DNA from: the human T2T-CHM13v2.0 reference genome, Homo sapiens
DNA length: 64,000 nucleotides
Strand: one strand, 5' to 3'
Assembly: GCF_009914755.1 (NCBI RefSeq)
Contig: NC_060926.1
Each line of letters opens with the position of its first letter. Position 1 is the first letter of the stretch. Below, in pieces: positions 48,112-59,850 of the stretch. The notes under the pieces are model-generated. The model had not been told where the DNA came from and made no database searches. It saw only the letters and a program-made list of their open reading frames with translations. Position numbers and translations under genes: made by a program.

Positions 48112-48306
48112 TATACACATGTTAAATATATGTGTATGCATAATTACAAATGTGCTTATTGAAAGCACCTTGTAGGATGAACACCTCATAACAGTAAATT
48201 TTAGTATCTGCTAGGGTTTATCTCTTTTAATTTCTCTTCCTTTTCACAAAATTCCTGATTATTCTACTGTGTTTATTTTTTCATATTAACTTGAAATCAG
48301 CTTGTT

Positions 48307-48458
48307 GGCTGGGCATGGTGGCTCACACCTGTAATCCTAACACACTTTGATCCACCAAGGCGGGTGGATCACTTGAGCTCAGGAGTTCAAGACCAGCCAG
48401 GCAAAATAGTGAAATGCCATCCCTAAAAAAAAAATTAATTAATTAATTTAATGAAAAT
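48307..48458 (+). mobile_element. Alu monomer (FLAM/left arm)
   Basis: Left arm only; TSD AAATCAGCTTGTT. Confidence 0.88.
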
Positions 48459-48729
48459 AAAATCAGCTTGTTATATTACCCTCAAAAAGCCTCTATTTAT
48501 ATTTTCATTGGGAGAGCATTATATTTATAGATTAATTTATGGTAACATAACATACTTACAATACCTGATATCCTTTTAAATGGGCTTAAAATGCTGTTTC
48601 TATTATAGACATAATACATGCTCATTGTAAAAAAAAGTTCTGGCAATTCTGTAATTTATGAGGTAGAGTATTGAAGTTCAGTTTCTTCTGTCCTAATCTT
48701 TCCCCTAGAGGTAACCACTGTTCATCATG

Positions 48730-49367
48730 AGGAACGCTTTTACACTGTTGATGGGAGGGTAAATTAGTTCAACCATTGTGGAAGACACTGTGGCAATTCC
48801 TCAAGGATCTAGAACTAGAAATACCATTTGATCCAGTGATCCCAATACAGGGTATATACCCAAAAGATTATAAATCATGCTACTATAAAGACACATGCAC
48901 ACGTATGTTTATTGCGGCACTATTCACAATAGCAAAGACTTGGAACCAGCCCAAATGCCCATCAATGATAGACTGGATAAAGAAAATGTGGCACATATAC
49001 ACCATGGAATATTATGCAGCCATAAAAAAGGATGAATTCACGTCCTTTGCAGGGACATAGATGCAGCTGGAAACCATCATTCTAAGCAAACTATCACAAG
49101 GACAGAAAACCTAACACTGCATGTTCTCACTCATAGGTGGGAGTTGAACAATGAGAACACATGGACACAGGGTGGGGAACATCACACACCGGGGCCTGTC
49201 GTGGGGTGGGGGGTTGGGGGGAGGAATAGCATTAGGAGAAATACCTAATGTAAATGACCAGTTGATGGGTGCAGCAAACCAACATGGCACATGTATACCT
49301 ATGTAACAAACCTGCAGTTGTGTACATGTACCCTAGAAGTTAAAGTATAATAATTAAAAAAAAAAAA
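48730..49367 (+). mobile_element. L1PA6/7-like 3' end
   Basis: ORF2 C-terminus ([19 protein letters not shown]...MEYYAAIKK), 3'UTR with G-rich tract, A-tail. Confidence 0.92.
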
Positions 49368-49439
49368 CCATACACCTGGTTTTCTTTTTTAAAAAAAGAA
49401 ATTATAAAAGTATTCGAATAAAGTATAACAGAATTTGAG

Positions 49440-50410
49440 AATATGTAAAATACAGAATGCAGAGTGATTTTCTAAAGAATACACAAAGCCCAGAAACCAT
49501 AGAGGAAGTTATTGATGCATTTGACTTGATAAAATTAAAATTTTTTCTACATGGCAACAAATACCTAAAACACACGAACTGCAGACTGGAAACATATTTG
49601 CATAATAAATATTAGGAGGTTAACTTCCCTAATACATAGAGTATTTCTACATCAATTTTAAATAGAGGTCAAGGAATCAATGTTTAAAAATAACCAACCG
49701 TGACTAGAAATCCACAGAAATCTAACTATAAACATACATGGCTCATGACCACTTAAAAGATGATCAGCCTCACACAAAACAACATAATATCATTTTTCAT
49801 CTATTAGCTTGACACAGATAAAAAATTTAACAACAAAGTTTTAGTAAGGCCATGAGCAAACAGACTCCTACACGGTTGGTAAGAGTAGGTATGATCCACT
49901 TTGGAGGGGAGTTTGGCAATATCAGAATAAATGTGCATCTACTCTTTGGCCCTGCATTCCATTTCTAAGAGCTCATCCTTCAGATGAACAGTACCTGTGT
50001 GCAAAGATGTATAGTCAAAGTTGTAGAACAAAAGACTAGATATAACCTGTCTATCACTAGGGAATTAGTTAAACAAACCAAGGTACATCTATGCCAGAGA
50101 ATGGAACATTACACTGTTATGGAAAAGAATGATTGCCTCTTATGTATGATGATACAGAACAATTTTCAAATTATATTTTAATGACAAAAGCAATATGCAA
50201 AACAGGGTGTGTAATATACCGCCATTTGTGGACAAAGGGGGAAATTGTATCTGTGCTCATACAGTCTCCGAAAGCATGCCCAAGAAAGTATATGGTGCTT
50301 GCATCTGGAGAGAGAGACCAAGGACTGTAAGTCTGCGGTAGAAGATAAATTTATTTTCATCATACATCTTATTCAGACTATGTGAATTGTTTGCCAACTA
50401 CCTGCATCTG
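49440..50410 (+). mobile_element. Very old L1ME fragments
   Basis: Degenerate ORF2/3'UTR motifs (CAAAGCCCAGAAACCATA, CCACTTTGGAGGGGAGTTTGGCAATATC). Confidence 0.55.
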
Positions 50411-50536
50411 TTTTCAGTTAAGCAAACAAAATGTAGTTGAAAATACAACATTACAGATCATTAACTGAGTCCAAACCTCCCATTTCACAAACAAGGGAAT
50501 GGAAGCCCAGCCTATTCATTCGTTGAATGCTTTTGA

Positions 50537-50991
50537 GTGCTGTTTTCGTTTCCTATTGCTGCAGTAACAAAGTGCCACAATTCAGTGGCTTAAAACAACA
50601 CAAGTTTATTCTTACTGTTCTAGGAGGTCTAAAATGGGATGGAAGGACTGCATTCTTTCTGGAGGCTCTAAGGGAGAACCCATCTCTTTGCCTTTTCCAG
50701 CTTCCAGAGCCTGCCCGCATTTCTTGGTCCGTAGCCCCTTTCAACAATCACATCTCTCCAACCCTGCTTTCATCATCACATCTCCTTTGACTCTGACCCT
50801 TCTGCCCTCCCTCTCATAAGAACCACTGTGATTATGTTGGATCTACCCACATAATCCAGGATAATCTCCTCATCTCAAAACCCTTATTTTAATCATGTCT
50901 GCAAAATCCCTTTTTCCATGTAAGGTAACATATTCACAAGTTTCAGGATTAGGGCATAGACATTTTGGGGGATTATTACTCTGGCTACCAC
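50537..50991 (-). mobile_element. MLT1C/D LTR
   Basis: TTCCTATTGCTGCAGTAACAAA...AATCCAGGATAATCTCC...GGTAACATATTCACAAG...CTACCACA. Confidence 0.85.
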
Positions 50992-51000
50992 AAGTGCCTT

Positions 51001-51528
51001 TAAAACAGGAATAATACAAGGCGGTCATAGGAGAATAGAAAATTCCAGGCAGCAGTTTCACATGACAAGCAAAAGGAAACCGTTAAAATAGCTGCAGAAG
51101 CTAGGAACTGATTAAGACCCTGAAAAACAGGGTGTGGACCAAGCTGGTTTAGGATCGACTGGACCCAACATGGTAATGTACTTGATTAACATACAAATCA
51201 CACACCCACCAGCACCATGACAGTTTTGAGAACACTCATATTTGGTGCAAAAATGGGTGGCATGGCAGTTCCGAGAAATCCCCACCTTTTCCCAGGAATT
51301 TTCATGACTATCCCACCCCTTGGTTAAAGAAAACCATAAAGGTAGCAGATCAACCTCCCTCACGCGTGTATCTCTTGAGTATGCTTGCACTCCCATGTGT
51401 TCAGTGTGTACTTTTCCCTTTGCAATCCATCCCTGTACTTTCACTATTTTCTGATGCATCTTTGAATTCACATTCTTGAGATGGCATCAAGAACCTCGAC
51501 ACTAGCTGGGGTCGAGGTCCAACTGGTA
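51001..51528 (+). mobile_element. MER66-like ERV1 LTR
   Basis: ACAGGAATAATACAAGGCGGTCATAGGAGAATAGAAAATTCCAGGCAGCAGTTTCACATG. Confidence 0.75.
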
Positions 51529-51559
51529 TTTGGGGACCTCCCCCAGCCCCAAACAACTG

Positions 51560-52629
51560 GTATCCCCTTTCCTGTGCTGGTGCCTAGTCTGAAGCAGGGA
51601 CTGAAGATACAGCAGCGACAAGACATACAATCCCTGCCTCAGGCAATTCACATCCAGTAGGGGGAGGGAGACAGTAAACAACACACATGGATGAAATAAA
51701 TACTGTTAGATGGTGACTCGTGACTCTTGCTACAGACAGATAGCAGGATATTGGGGGAAGGGGTGTTGGAACTGGGGTGGAGGAATTTAGAACCAGAAAG
51801 CCTTCACTGGGAAGATCTAATTCACTGGTGTGAAGATCTAGGGGAGATAAAGAAGTGGCTATGCAGACATCTAGGGGAAGAGCATTCTCAGCAAAGGGAA
51901 CAGCAAATGCAATGGCTCCAAGGCTGGAGTGATTCTGAAATGTTCACTGCAGCACAGAAAATGACGTGTGTGGCTGGAGATGGGGAGGGAGATGGTAGGA
52001 GACAAGGCCAGAAAGAGCTGAGTGGGCACACAGTGCAGGGTCTTCAAGGCCGTTGTAAGCCTGCTTTTCATGTGGAATGTACTGAAGCTTCTGGAGGAAT
52101 GTGAGCAGAGGTGTAACAAGATCTGTCTTACAAAAATCCTGTTAAAATGTAAGGGAGGAAACCAGGCAGTGATTGTGGATTAAAGATTGTGGTAATCCAG
52201 GTATTAGAAGGTGATAGTGTGGTTCATGGTAGTAGCAGCAGAGGTGAAGAGAAGTAATTTGATTTTATGAGACGACAGCATATGATATATACGCCAGACA
52301 GATTTATAGACAGATTGGATGTGGGATGTGAGAGAAAGTGATAAGTCAGGGATGACTCTAAGGGTTTTGGTCTGAGCAGTTGGAAAGATGGCACTGCTAC
52401 AACTGGAGAAGCGGAAGAGCTTCAAAAGAAGCAGATTTGGGAGGGGCTGGGGGCCAGGAGACAAAGATTAGGAATTTAGTTTTGGACATGTTAAGTTTGA
52501 GAATCAGGCTTCCAAGTGGAGATGATACATGGGTAGCCATAAATCCAAATCTTGAGTTCAGAGGAGCGGTCTGATTGGAGATGAAAATCAGGAGTCAGAG
52601 AAATGGCACTGAAAAGCATGAGACTGAAC
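51560..52629 (-). mobile_element. L2
   Basis: GGGGAAGAGCATTCTCAGCAAAGGGAACAGCAAATGC...TTTTGGACATGTTAAGTTTGAG. Confidence 0.8.
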
Positions 52630-53257
52630 TGCTACCAGAAAGGGGTCCCAATCCAGACCCTCAAGAGATGGTTCTTGGATCTCCTGCAAGAAAGAACTCA
52701 GAGTGAGTCCATAGAGTAAAGTGAAAGCAGGTGGATTAGAGAAGAAACAACAGAGAGGCTACCCCATAGAGCAGCCCTGAGGGTTGCTGGTTGGCTATTT
52801 TTATGGCTATTTCTTGAGTATATGCTAAGCAAGGGGTGGATCTTTCATGAGTTTTTTGGGAAAGGGGTGGGGATTGCCTCCCCAACTGAGGGTCCTCCCT
52901 CTTTTAGACTATATAAGGTAACTTCAGGCGTTGCCATGGCATCCGTAAACTGTCATGGCGCTGGTGGGAGTTTTTTAGCATGCTACTGCATTATAATTAG
53001 TGTATAATGAGCAGTGATGACGTTGCTTTCATGGCCATCTTGGATTTGGTGGGTTTTGGCCAGCTTCTTTACTGCATCCAGTTTTATCAGCAGGGGCTTT
53101 ATAGCCTGTATCTTGTGATACCAGACCTACCAACCTCTTAGCTCATTCTGAGATTAAGAATGCCTAACGTCCTGGGAATGCAGCCCAGCAGGTATCAGTC
53201 TCATTTTACCCAGCCCTTATTCAAGATAGAGGTGCTGCGATTCAAACGCCTCTGACA
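52630..53257 (-). mobile_element. MER41B-like ERV1 solo LTR
   Basis: Reverse strand starts TGTCAGAGGCGTTTGAA and ends GACCCCTTTCTGGTAGCA; perfect 4-bp TSD GAAC (52626-52629 / 53258-53261). Confidence 0.9.
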
Positions 53258-53599
53258 GAACAATGGGCCATGGGTTGGTGAAGCCACAGCTTGGGCCCAG
53301 ATCTACTTACACTTGCCCTTCTACACTGAAGACGTGAGGAGAGAACTGACTGTATTTGTTAGTTTTTGTTTTGTTCTGTTTGTAAAAGAATTAATTTCTG
53401 TTTTCCTTTTTTAGTAGGAAAGTATTTCATGTTCAACTTAGAGACTTTCTAAGAAAACATAATAAACATCAAAAATAAAAATTATTTATAATCTCATTAA
53501 TCACAAATAATTGCTCTTAACCATTTGACATATTTTCTTTCAGACTCTCGCCAGTGTACAGTATATATTTTGTATGTCACACAGTGTCCTGCCCAAAAA

Positions 53600-56500
53600 G
53601 TATGAGTTGATTTGACTTTTTTATTTTATAAAAGAATGTGAGAAGGGAAACAGGCAGCCCCAATGGGAGGCTGGCCGGGAGAAAGAGTGGAGAATTACCA
53701 TCCATCACTATCCCCAGTGCAGGCTTCCTGCCCAAGGAGGCTTGGTTTTGCATAAGAATTCTCAGTGCCCTGCCCTGGGCCATGTGGCCATGTGGCTCTG
53801 CCATCTGTTGAGCAGATAAGGGAGCCTGGGTTTCTGACGTGGGTCCCTGGCACCTGGTGAATACACCGGTAAATGGGCCTTTCGCTGGTGTGACTGTCTG
53901 GTGCATCACAGACCTTACCGCCCTGGGCTTCCCCCCACTCCGCAGTTGGGTAAGTGAGAGGCTGTTGCCGTGGCAGCAGGAAATTTGTTTCCTTATCCAA
54001 ACTGTGAGGTTCAGGGAAGGTTATTCAGGAGTGGTTTCACAGTGGAAACAGAAAACTGTTTCAGACAAAATGGGGAAAAAAATAAATCTCAGGAATTCAT
54101 TTTGTCTTCTTGGCTCCCAGAACATCTCATTCAGAGGGAAGCTGTCACCTTTCTGTTTCTGACCTGGCACGAGGCTCAGAACTCATGCCCTGCCTGTCTT
54201 TAGCCTGCTCTTTTTTTTCCCCCTTAATGTGAGGCCCAAAGTGAAAGTCCCCAGGGAGCAACTGCTCTAAATACTGATTCACAAATGGAGGAGGGGTGTG
54301 GGGCAAGATCTGCTGCGACCCTCCCCAGCCACACACCTTTCCCACTTTCCTGCCTCATCATCCCACATGCTCTGGCCAGGACAAAGTGAAAGTGTGACAT
54401 GGCCCCAGGGGCCCCAGGCTCAGGGTTTTCCTTTCCATGGAGGTCAGCGCCTCTTATCACAATGAATTCAGCACACTCAGCCTTACTCACTCCTGCCAGA
54501 GCCCAGCATGATGCATTGATAAAAGCACGGATTTTAGAGGCAGCACATTTGGGCTCAAATTCCCCCTTGAGCAAGTTCTTTAACTTCTTTCAGACTCAGT
54601 TTCCATGTCTGAACAATGGAAATGGTAATGCCCACGTCAGGTCTCTTAGGCAGACTAAATGGCTGCAAAGCCCCTGGCCTAGAGTACAGTCACAGCAAAC
54701 ATGACTTCCCTTCCCTATTCACAGAGGCCAGTCCGGTGGAAGTGGATTCCCTCTCTATATATGTTTCTTCTGGGGACCTCAGGAGGTCATCTGGTGACAC
54801 ACTTCTCCATTAGCATCTTCCACAGTGTTCCCAAAAAGGAATCACATGTCATTACCTTGACATTTGCAGTGCTTACTAAAATAGAACCTGATATGAAGTT
54901 CAGAGACTAAAAGTCACAATTCAGGGCCTAAAGAGGGTTCAAAATAAAAATTACCTGGGGTGAGAAGTTTAATTCGGGAAAATGTGAGTAACTCTCTTTG
55001 GGGAAAAAGGTAGATGCTTCCCAAAACTGCCTCAACAGAAACATTTAATGAGGAGGAAGGCCTGCTGGGGCCTGGGGATGGCACAGATGTCCCAGCCCCA
55101 TGCGATGAGGCCCTCTTGGATTAGAACCATTGCTGGGCCCAGGTGTGGCCTGTGGAAGAACGTGCATGTGGGTCCCAGAGGAGTGCCTGAGCCCTGCTTT
55201 TATAAACAGCTTCATCAGATAATCTCCTGACACTTCGAAGGGGGAGTCCTCCCCACAGGAAACGCGAAAGCACAAGATAAGTGATCTTATCCTTTTCCAC
55301 TTAGGCTTCTTCAGAAGAGACACAGCGGAGAGCAGTGTGTGAATGGAAGACAATTTTTACTTAAAGATTGTAGTTTCAAGATTATTTCTACAAACAGATA
55401 CTAAATGCCTCCATGTGACAGGCAGGATAAAGGCCAACTCCTCACCACAGCATGACAGGCCAGGGCATCCAGAGGGATGTATGCTCCCTCCAGCCGCCCT
55501 GAACTTGACTCACTTCCTTGAGCACCCCGACAAAAACCCTCCTTCCTCATCCCAGCTCCAGGGGTGAATGGTGGCAGTGCCTAAACCAGGCCTGGCAATC
55601 CCATTTCCCTGGAGGTGATTCATTTGGGTGTGGGCATGGAACAGAGTTCTGGCTAAGAACTAGAAGGGAAATCTTTAGTTCCCTGGGGAGTGGGGAACCA
55701 AAAAGCACATTAAACAAAAAGCTCCTATTATTCTGCTGGACACGCCCATGTCTGTATGTGAAGCCAGGAACAAGGGCAACCACTTCGTAACTGAGAGTGA
55801 GCTAAGCTGATATGTGAAGATAACAAAGGGAAAAGGTGAAAAGAACCTGGGCTTTAGAGAATGTTGTTTGAGCTGCTGGACTAATTGGCCCTGCAGCTGC
55901 TCTACCTCAGGACTTCTTGCTGAGTGAGACAATACATTCCCCTATAGAGTGAAATAATACATTCTCCTATACAGTGACATAATACATTCCCCTATAGTTG
56001 TAGCCATTTTGAGATGGGTTTTCTGTTCGTTCCCACCAAAAGCATCCTAAGTGATACATGGTCCCATCGACTTGAAGTCGATTTTTAATGCTGTATTTTA
56101 ATTATATACATAGTCACAAGACTAGATTGTTTTTCTCTGAAGCTTCTACTTTGTTTTTCAAGGGAGCAGGGGAAATGAGGGGCACAGCAAGAGAGAGGAA
56201 GCACAATCTTTCTTGGCTGTCTACGAACTGAGACTAGCATTTGCCTGGATGATTGTTTGTTCCTGTGGGGATGAGTGGTTGCCTTTTCACATTTCACTAG
56301 GGTGTATGTACGTGTGTGCCGTGAAGGGGAGGATGCACTTGGAGGATTGCTTGCAAAAGACAAGGAGCTGAAGGAAAAAGTTAAAGGAGTTCTTTTTCTG
56401 AGGGTTTTTATGGGAATCTATACATGGACAGCCAGGGACTTTTCTCCACTCCACACAAAGCCACCTGGCCAAGGGGGCGAGTAGGCATGCAAATCCAGCT

Positions 56501-56800
56501 CGTTCCCTGCTAATTGAAATGCCTGGCACTGGCTGCATCCACCTGGAGGAAGGGGCATTTTTCTAATCTGCACAAAGGTACGATAAGGGCTGGTGGTCAC
56601 TTTATTGCAATATTGCTTCAAGGCCAGGTAACGAAGTGTGTCACAGAGGTCAAGAAGACCTATGTTCATATTTAGCCCAAAGCTGTTCTAGAAGTCCATT
56701 CCGGAAGTAGGGACTTTGGCAACAGCAGGAGAGAGCTTTCGGAACAGATGTTCTTGACATCTCGAAGAGCATGTCCCTATGTCTATAAATTGCTTTAAAC
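53600..56800. promoter_or_regulatory. Candidate enhancer/promoter island
   Basis: Repeat-poor and GC-richer; IRF-type sites (54045, 54238, 54383), kB-like sites (54243, 54423), GGGTGTGG x2, several GATAA, TGACTCA (55506), CCGGAAGT (56701); motif evidence only. Confidence 0.5.
55560..56057 (+). mobile_element. MLT1J/K-like LTR with a 3x25-bp internal minisatellite (55923-55997)
   Basis: GAGAATGTTGTTTGAGCTGCTGGA...CCTCAGGACTTCTTG...AAGCATCCTAAGTGATACA; units AGTGAnAnAATACATTCyCCTATAs. Confidence 0.65.
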
Positions 56801-57704
56801 ATTTCATCATAGACCAGGTGTGCTAGACATATGTGCTAGATGGTTCAAATGTCATCTCTGAGCATGTCAGTTGTCTTAATCAAACATATGTGTTCTAGGG
56901 GTGATCAGTTGGCTTTACATCAGAAAGGCCACAACACATGCTTCTGATCGCATTTCCATCAATGCTTTGCCAATTAGGACAGTAAATGTCAGAAATTGCT
57001 GTTGAATGATGAAATTGGCGACTTGTTGATTAATGTGATTCATGGTTAGATATGCATTCTCGTTGGTGAAATAATGGTATTTAAGATATGTGGACTGCAC
57101 AAAATACTTTAGAGATAGACAATTAAAACACAGCTTGCTAAATACTAGGATAAAGGGTCATCAGGCTGCTTGGATCAGACACATCACAATACATCAAGGC
57201 TTGAGGGGCGATCTTCCAGGGTGTGATCACTTGATCTGAGTCTTGCAGGATTAGCCAAGTGGCCAGGGTGGAGGAGCAGAATGAAAGGCATTCAAGTGGG
57301 ATGGCAGCATGTGTGAGGGATTGCTGTTGTGACTGTGGGGTCCCCGGGGAGTCTGCAGGGAATTAAGCTCTTTGGCAGGTGGGGCATAGGATGCACTGGG
57401 TGGGGAGGGTGCAGGATAGAGTGGTTGGGGTAGCATCAGAGAAAGCTGAAGCTCCACGCAGTGCCCAGATCACAGAGAATATTGAACTTAATCCTGAAGG
57501 TGATAGGAATTCAAAAGATTTTAAACACAGAAGGAACTTATTACAAAAATATTTTGTTAAAGGGCATCGAGGACAGACTGCAGTAGAAAAGAAAGATGGG
57601 AGGCAAGGCCATGGCAGCGGTCTACTGTGCGATTTTTAAAAAGACCCCATTCACTTATATTTACCCCTAATATTATTCTACTCCCATAAGTAGTCTATAA
57701 TTAA

Positions 57705-58002
<298 letters not shown>

Positions 58003-58819
58003 GATATAATTAAGACTTTTAAGTTGAAGGCTCATTGTTCTCTAGTACTGGTACTTGAATCAAGGAATGCTATTTATCATTACCAGTAAATCATGTTGCT
58101 GAGCAACTTCCCACCTGTTGAAGCAGCGGCCTTCTTTGCTTCAGAGAGAAGGCAGACACCACTGAGATCAAAGAAATCATAGCTCAGCTTTAAGTTTCAA
58201 GTATATTTGAATTCCATGGTGAAGACAATAATCTTGAAAGCTGGGCTTTGTTGAATGACAAGGGTGTTTTCTAAATTCTGAAACCTTCTGTTTAAATAAA
58301 AAGAAAAAAAGCTTCGATCATAGAGAAGGAAAGAACTTGGATAAAGGGGGAACATTTGAAAAGGGAAGAGGAAAGGGGGCAAAAGATCAAATGCAAATGC
58401 CTTGGCTTGTCCTGGGGGGTGGAAACTTCCAGAAGACGTGTAATGAGCCCACTCTTACGTTTGAAGAAACCTGAGAACACTGGGGGTTCTATGCATGAGG
58501 AAGCTGGAGGAAAGGAAGTCCCACACTAGGCAATGATGCTGTAGGGAAGTGGTGGAGCAGCTTCATTCAAGTGGAGTTAGTGGTCCCAGTGGACCACAGT
58601 CTACATGGTGCATGCAGGGCTCCAGGAGGGGATGTGGAAATACTAAGAAAATTGGTGGACCAGAGAAAGCCTGGGCACCAAAAAGAGGAGGCCCCACAGC
58701 GTAAGATCTTATGACTGAAGGATGTAGCAGGGACCTTCATATTTTGTGGTGACATCCAAAATTCCAGCCAGGACCTATTTGTCCTCAACATCATGGTTAG
58801 AGATGGCCCTGTAGGACAA

Positions 58820-58836
58820 GGGCCATCTAGTGGTCA
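58820..58836 (-). promoter_or_regulatory. CTCF-like motif
   Basis: Reverse strand reads TGACCACTAGATGGCCC. Confidence 0.5.
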
Positions 58837-59080
58837 GCAGGGGCAACCCATAGAGGGCACCACCCCGCCCCGCCCCACCACCTGCCACCTATACCCAGGT
58901 GCCCAAGGAGAGGGGAAGATACAGTCTTGAGAAAGAATGTAAATAGGGTAAAAATCCACTATTTACCCACAATTCACAGATTTAAACTGGGAGACTGAGT
59001 TAAATTTAATATAAAATTTTAAGTGTTTTCCTCAACACGGGCAAGACGGGCTCACTGAGTAAATACAAAATTACAGGCTT

Positions 59081-59180
59081 TGTGTGTGTGTGAGTTGTAG
59101 TGTGTAAACTTCTATCCTGCTTCATATATGTATGTGAGTATATATGCGTGTATTCATATACACACACAGACACACACACA
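59081..59180. repeat. (TG)n/(TA)n/(CA)n compound microsatellite
   Basis: TG run, TA-rich middle and CA run, bracketed by ACAGGCTTT. Confidence 0.85.
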
Positions 59181-59372
59181 GGCTTTTGGATTCCTTCTCT
59201 GACAGAAACGAACATGTCAAAAAATATGGCCCGATGTAGCAGACAACAAAAAATCCCAGTGAAGGGTGGCTTTCCAATGAAAAGGGTGAGCATTCATTTA
59301 CAGAGTATAATCATTACAGAGTATAATCACTGAGCCCAAGGGACCAGACTTGGAGTCTTCGGACCCTAGTTC

Positions 59373-59850
59373 TGTTACCAGTGGATGGTGTCCAGGTTCT
59401 TGGCATTCTGAACAAAGAATTGTTCACAATGCACAAACAAAGCAAGGAAAGAATTAAGCAAAAAAGCAGAAATTTATTGAAAACAAAATTACACTCCACA
59501 GGGTAGGAGCAGGTCCCGAGCATAGGGCCTCAAACGCTCAAGAGCCGGTTATAGAATCTTCTGGGGTCCAAATACCCACCAGAGGTTTCCCATTGGCTAC
59601 TTGATGTTTACCCCATGCAAATGAAGTAGTGGCTCACAATCAGTCTGATTGGTTGTGACCAATCAGAGGTACTTTCCATTTTCCATATGCCTGCAGAAAA
59701 GTGGGGTGGTAGGGGTTGCAAAGGGAGTAGCCTCTGGTCCTTTTGCTACTTAGGCATGGAAAGTTGGGATTTTCCTCTTGATTTAGTTCTAGGAAGTCAG
59801 CGTGAATTGGCCTTAGGTTCCCTGCCTCCAGACCCTATTCTCTTGTCTCA
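59373..59850 (-). mobile_element. MER51-like ERV1 solo LTR nested in MIR
   Basis: Reverse strand starts TGAGACAAGAGAATAGGGTCTGGAGGCAGGGAACCTAAGGCC; TSD GTTC/GTCC; MIR resumes 59851-60040. Confidence 0.85.

Noticed and set aside
51654-51666. CCAGTAGGGGGAG as a fourth CTCF site
   Set aside because: Mismatch at the conserved C of the core and located in an L2 relic; weaker than the three reported.
55923-55997. CRISPR-like array
   Set aside because: Units are contiguous with no unique spacers, there are no cas genes, and the DNA is primate.
56741-56754. GGAACA-GA-TGTTCT as a glucocorticoid/androgen response element
   Set aside because: Spacer is 2 nt rather than the required 3.
56767-56870. 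p53-type half sites GAGCATGTCC and GAGCATGTCA
   Set aside because: Isolated half sites about 90 bp apart with no adjacent second decamer.
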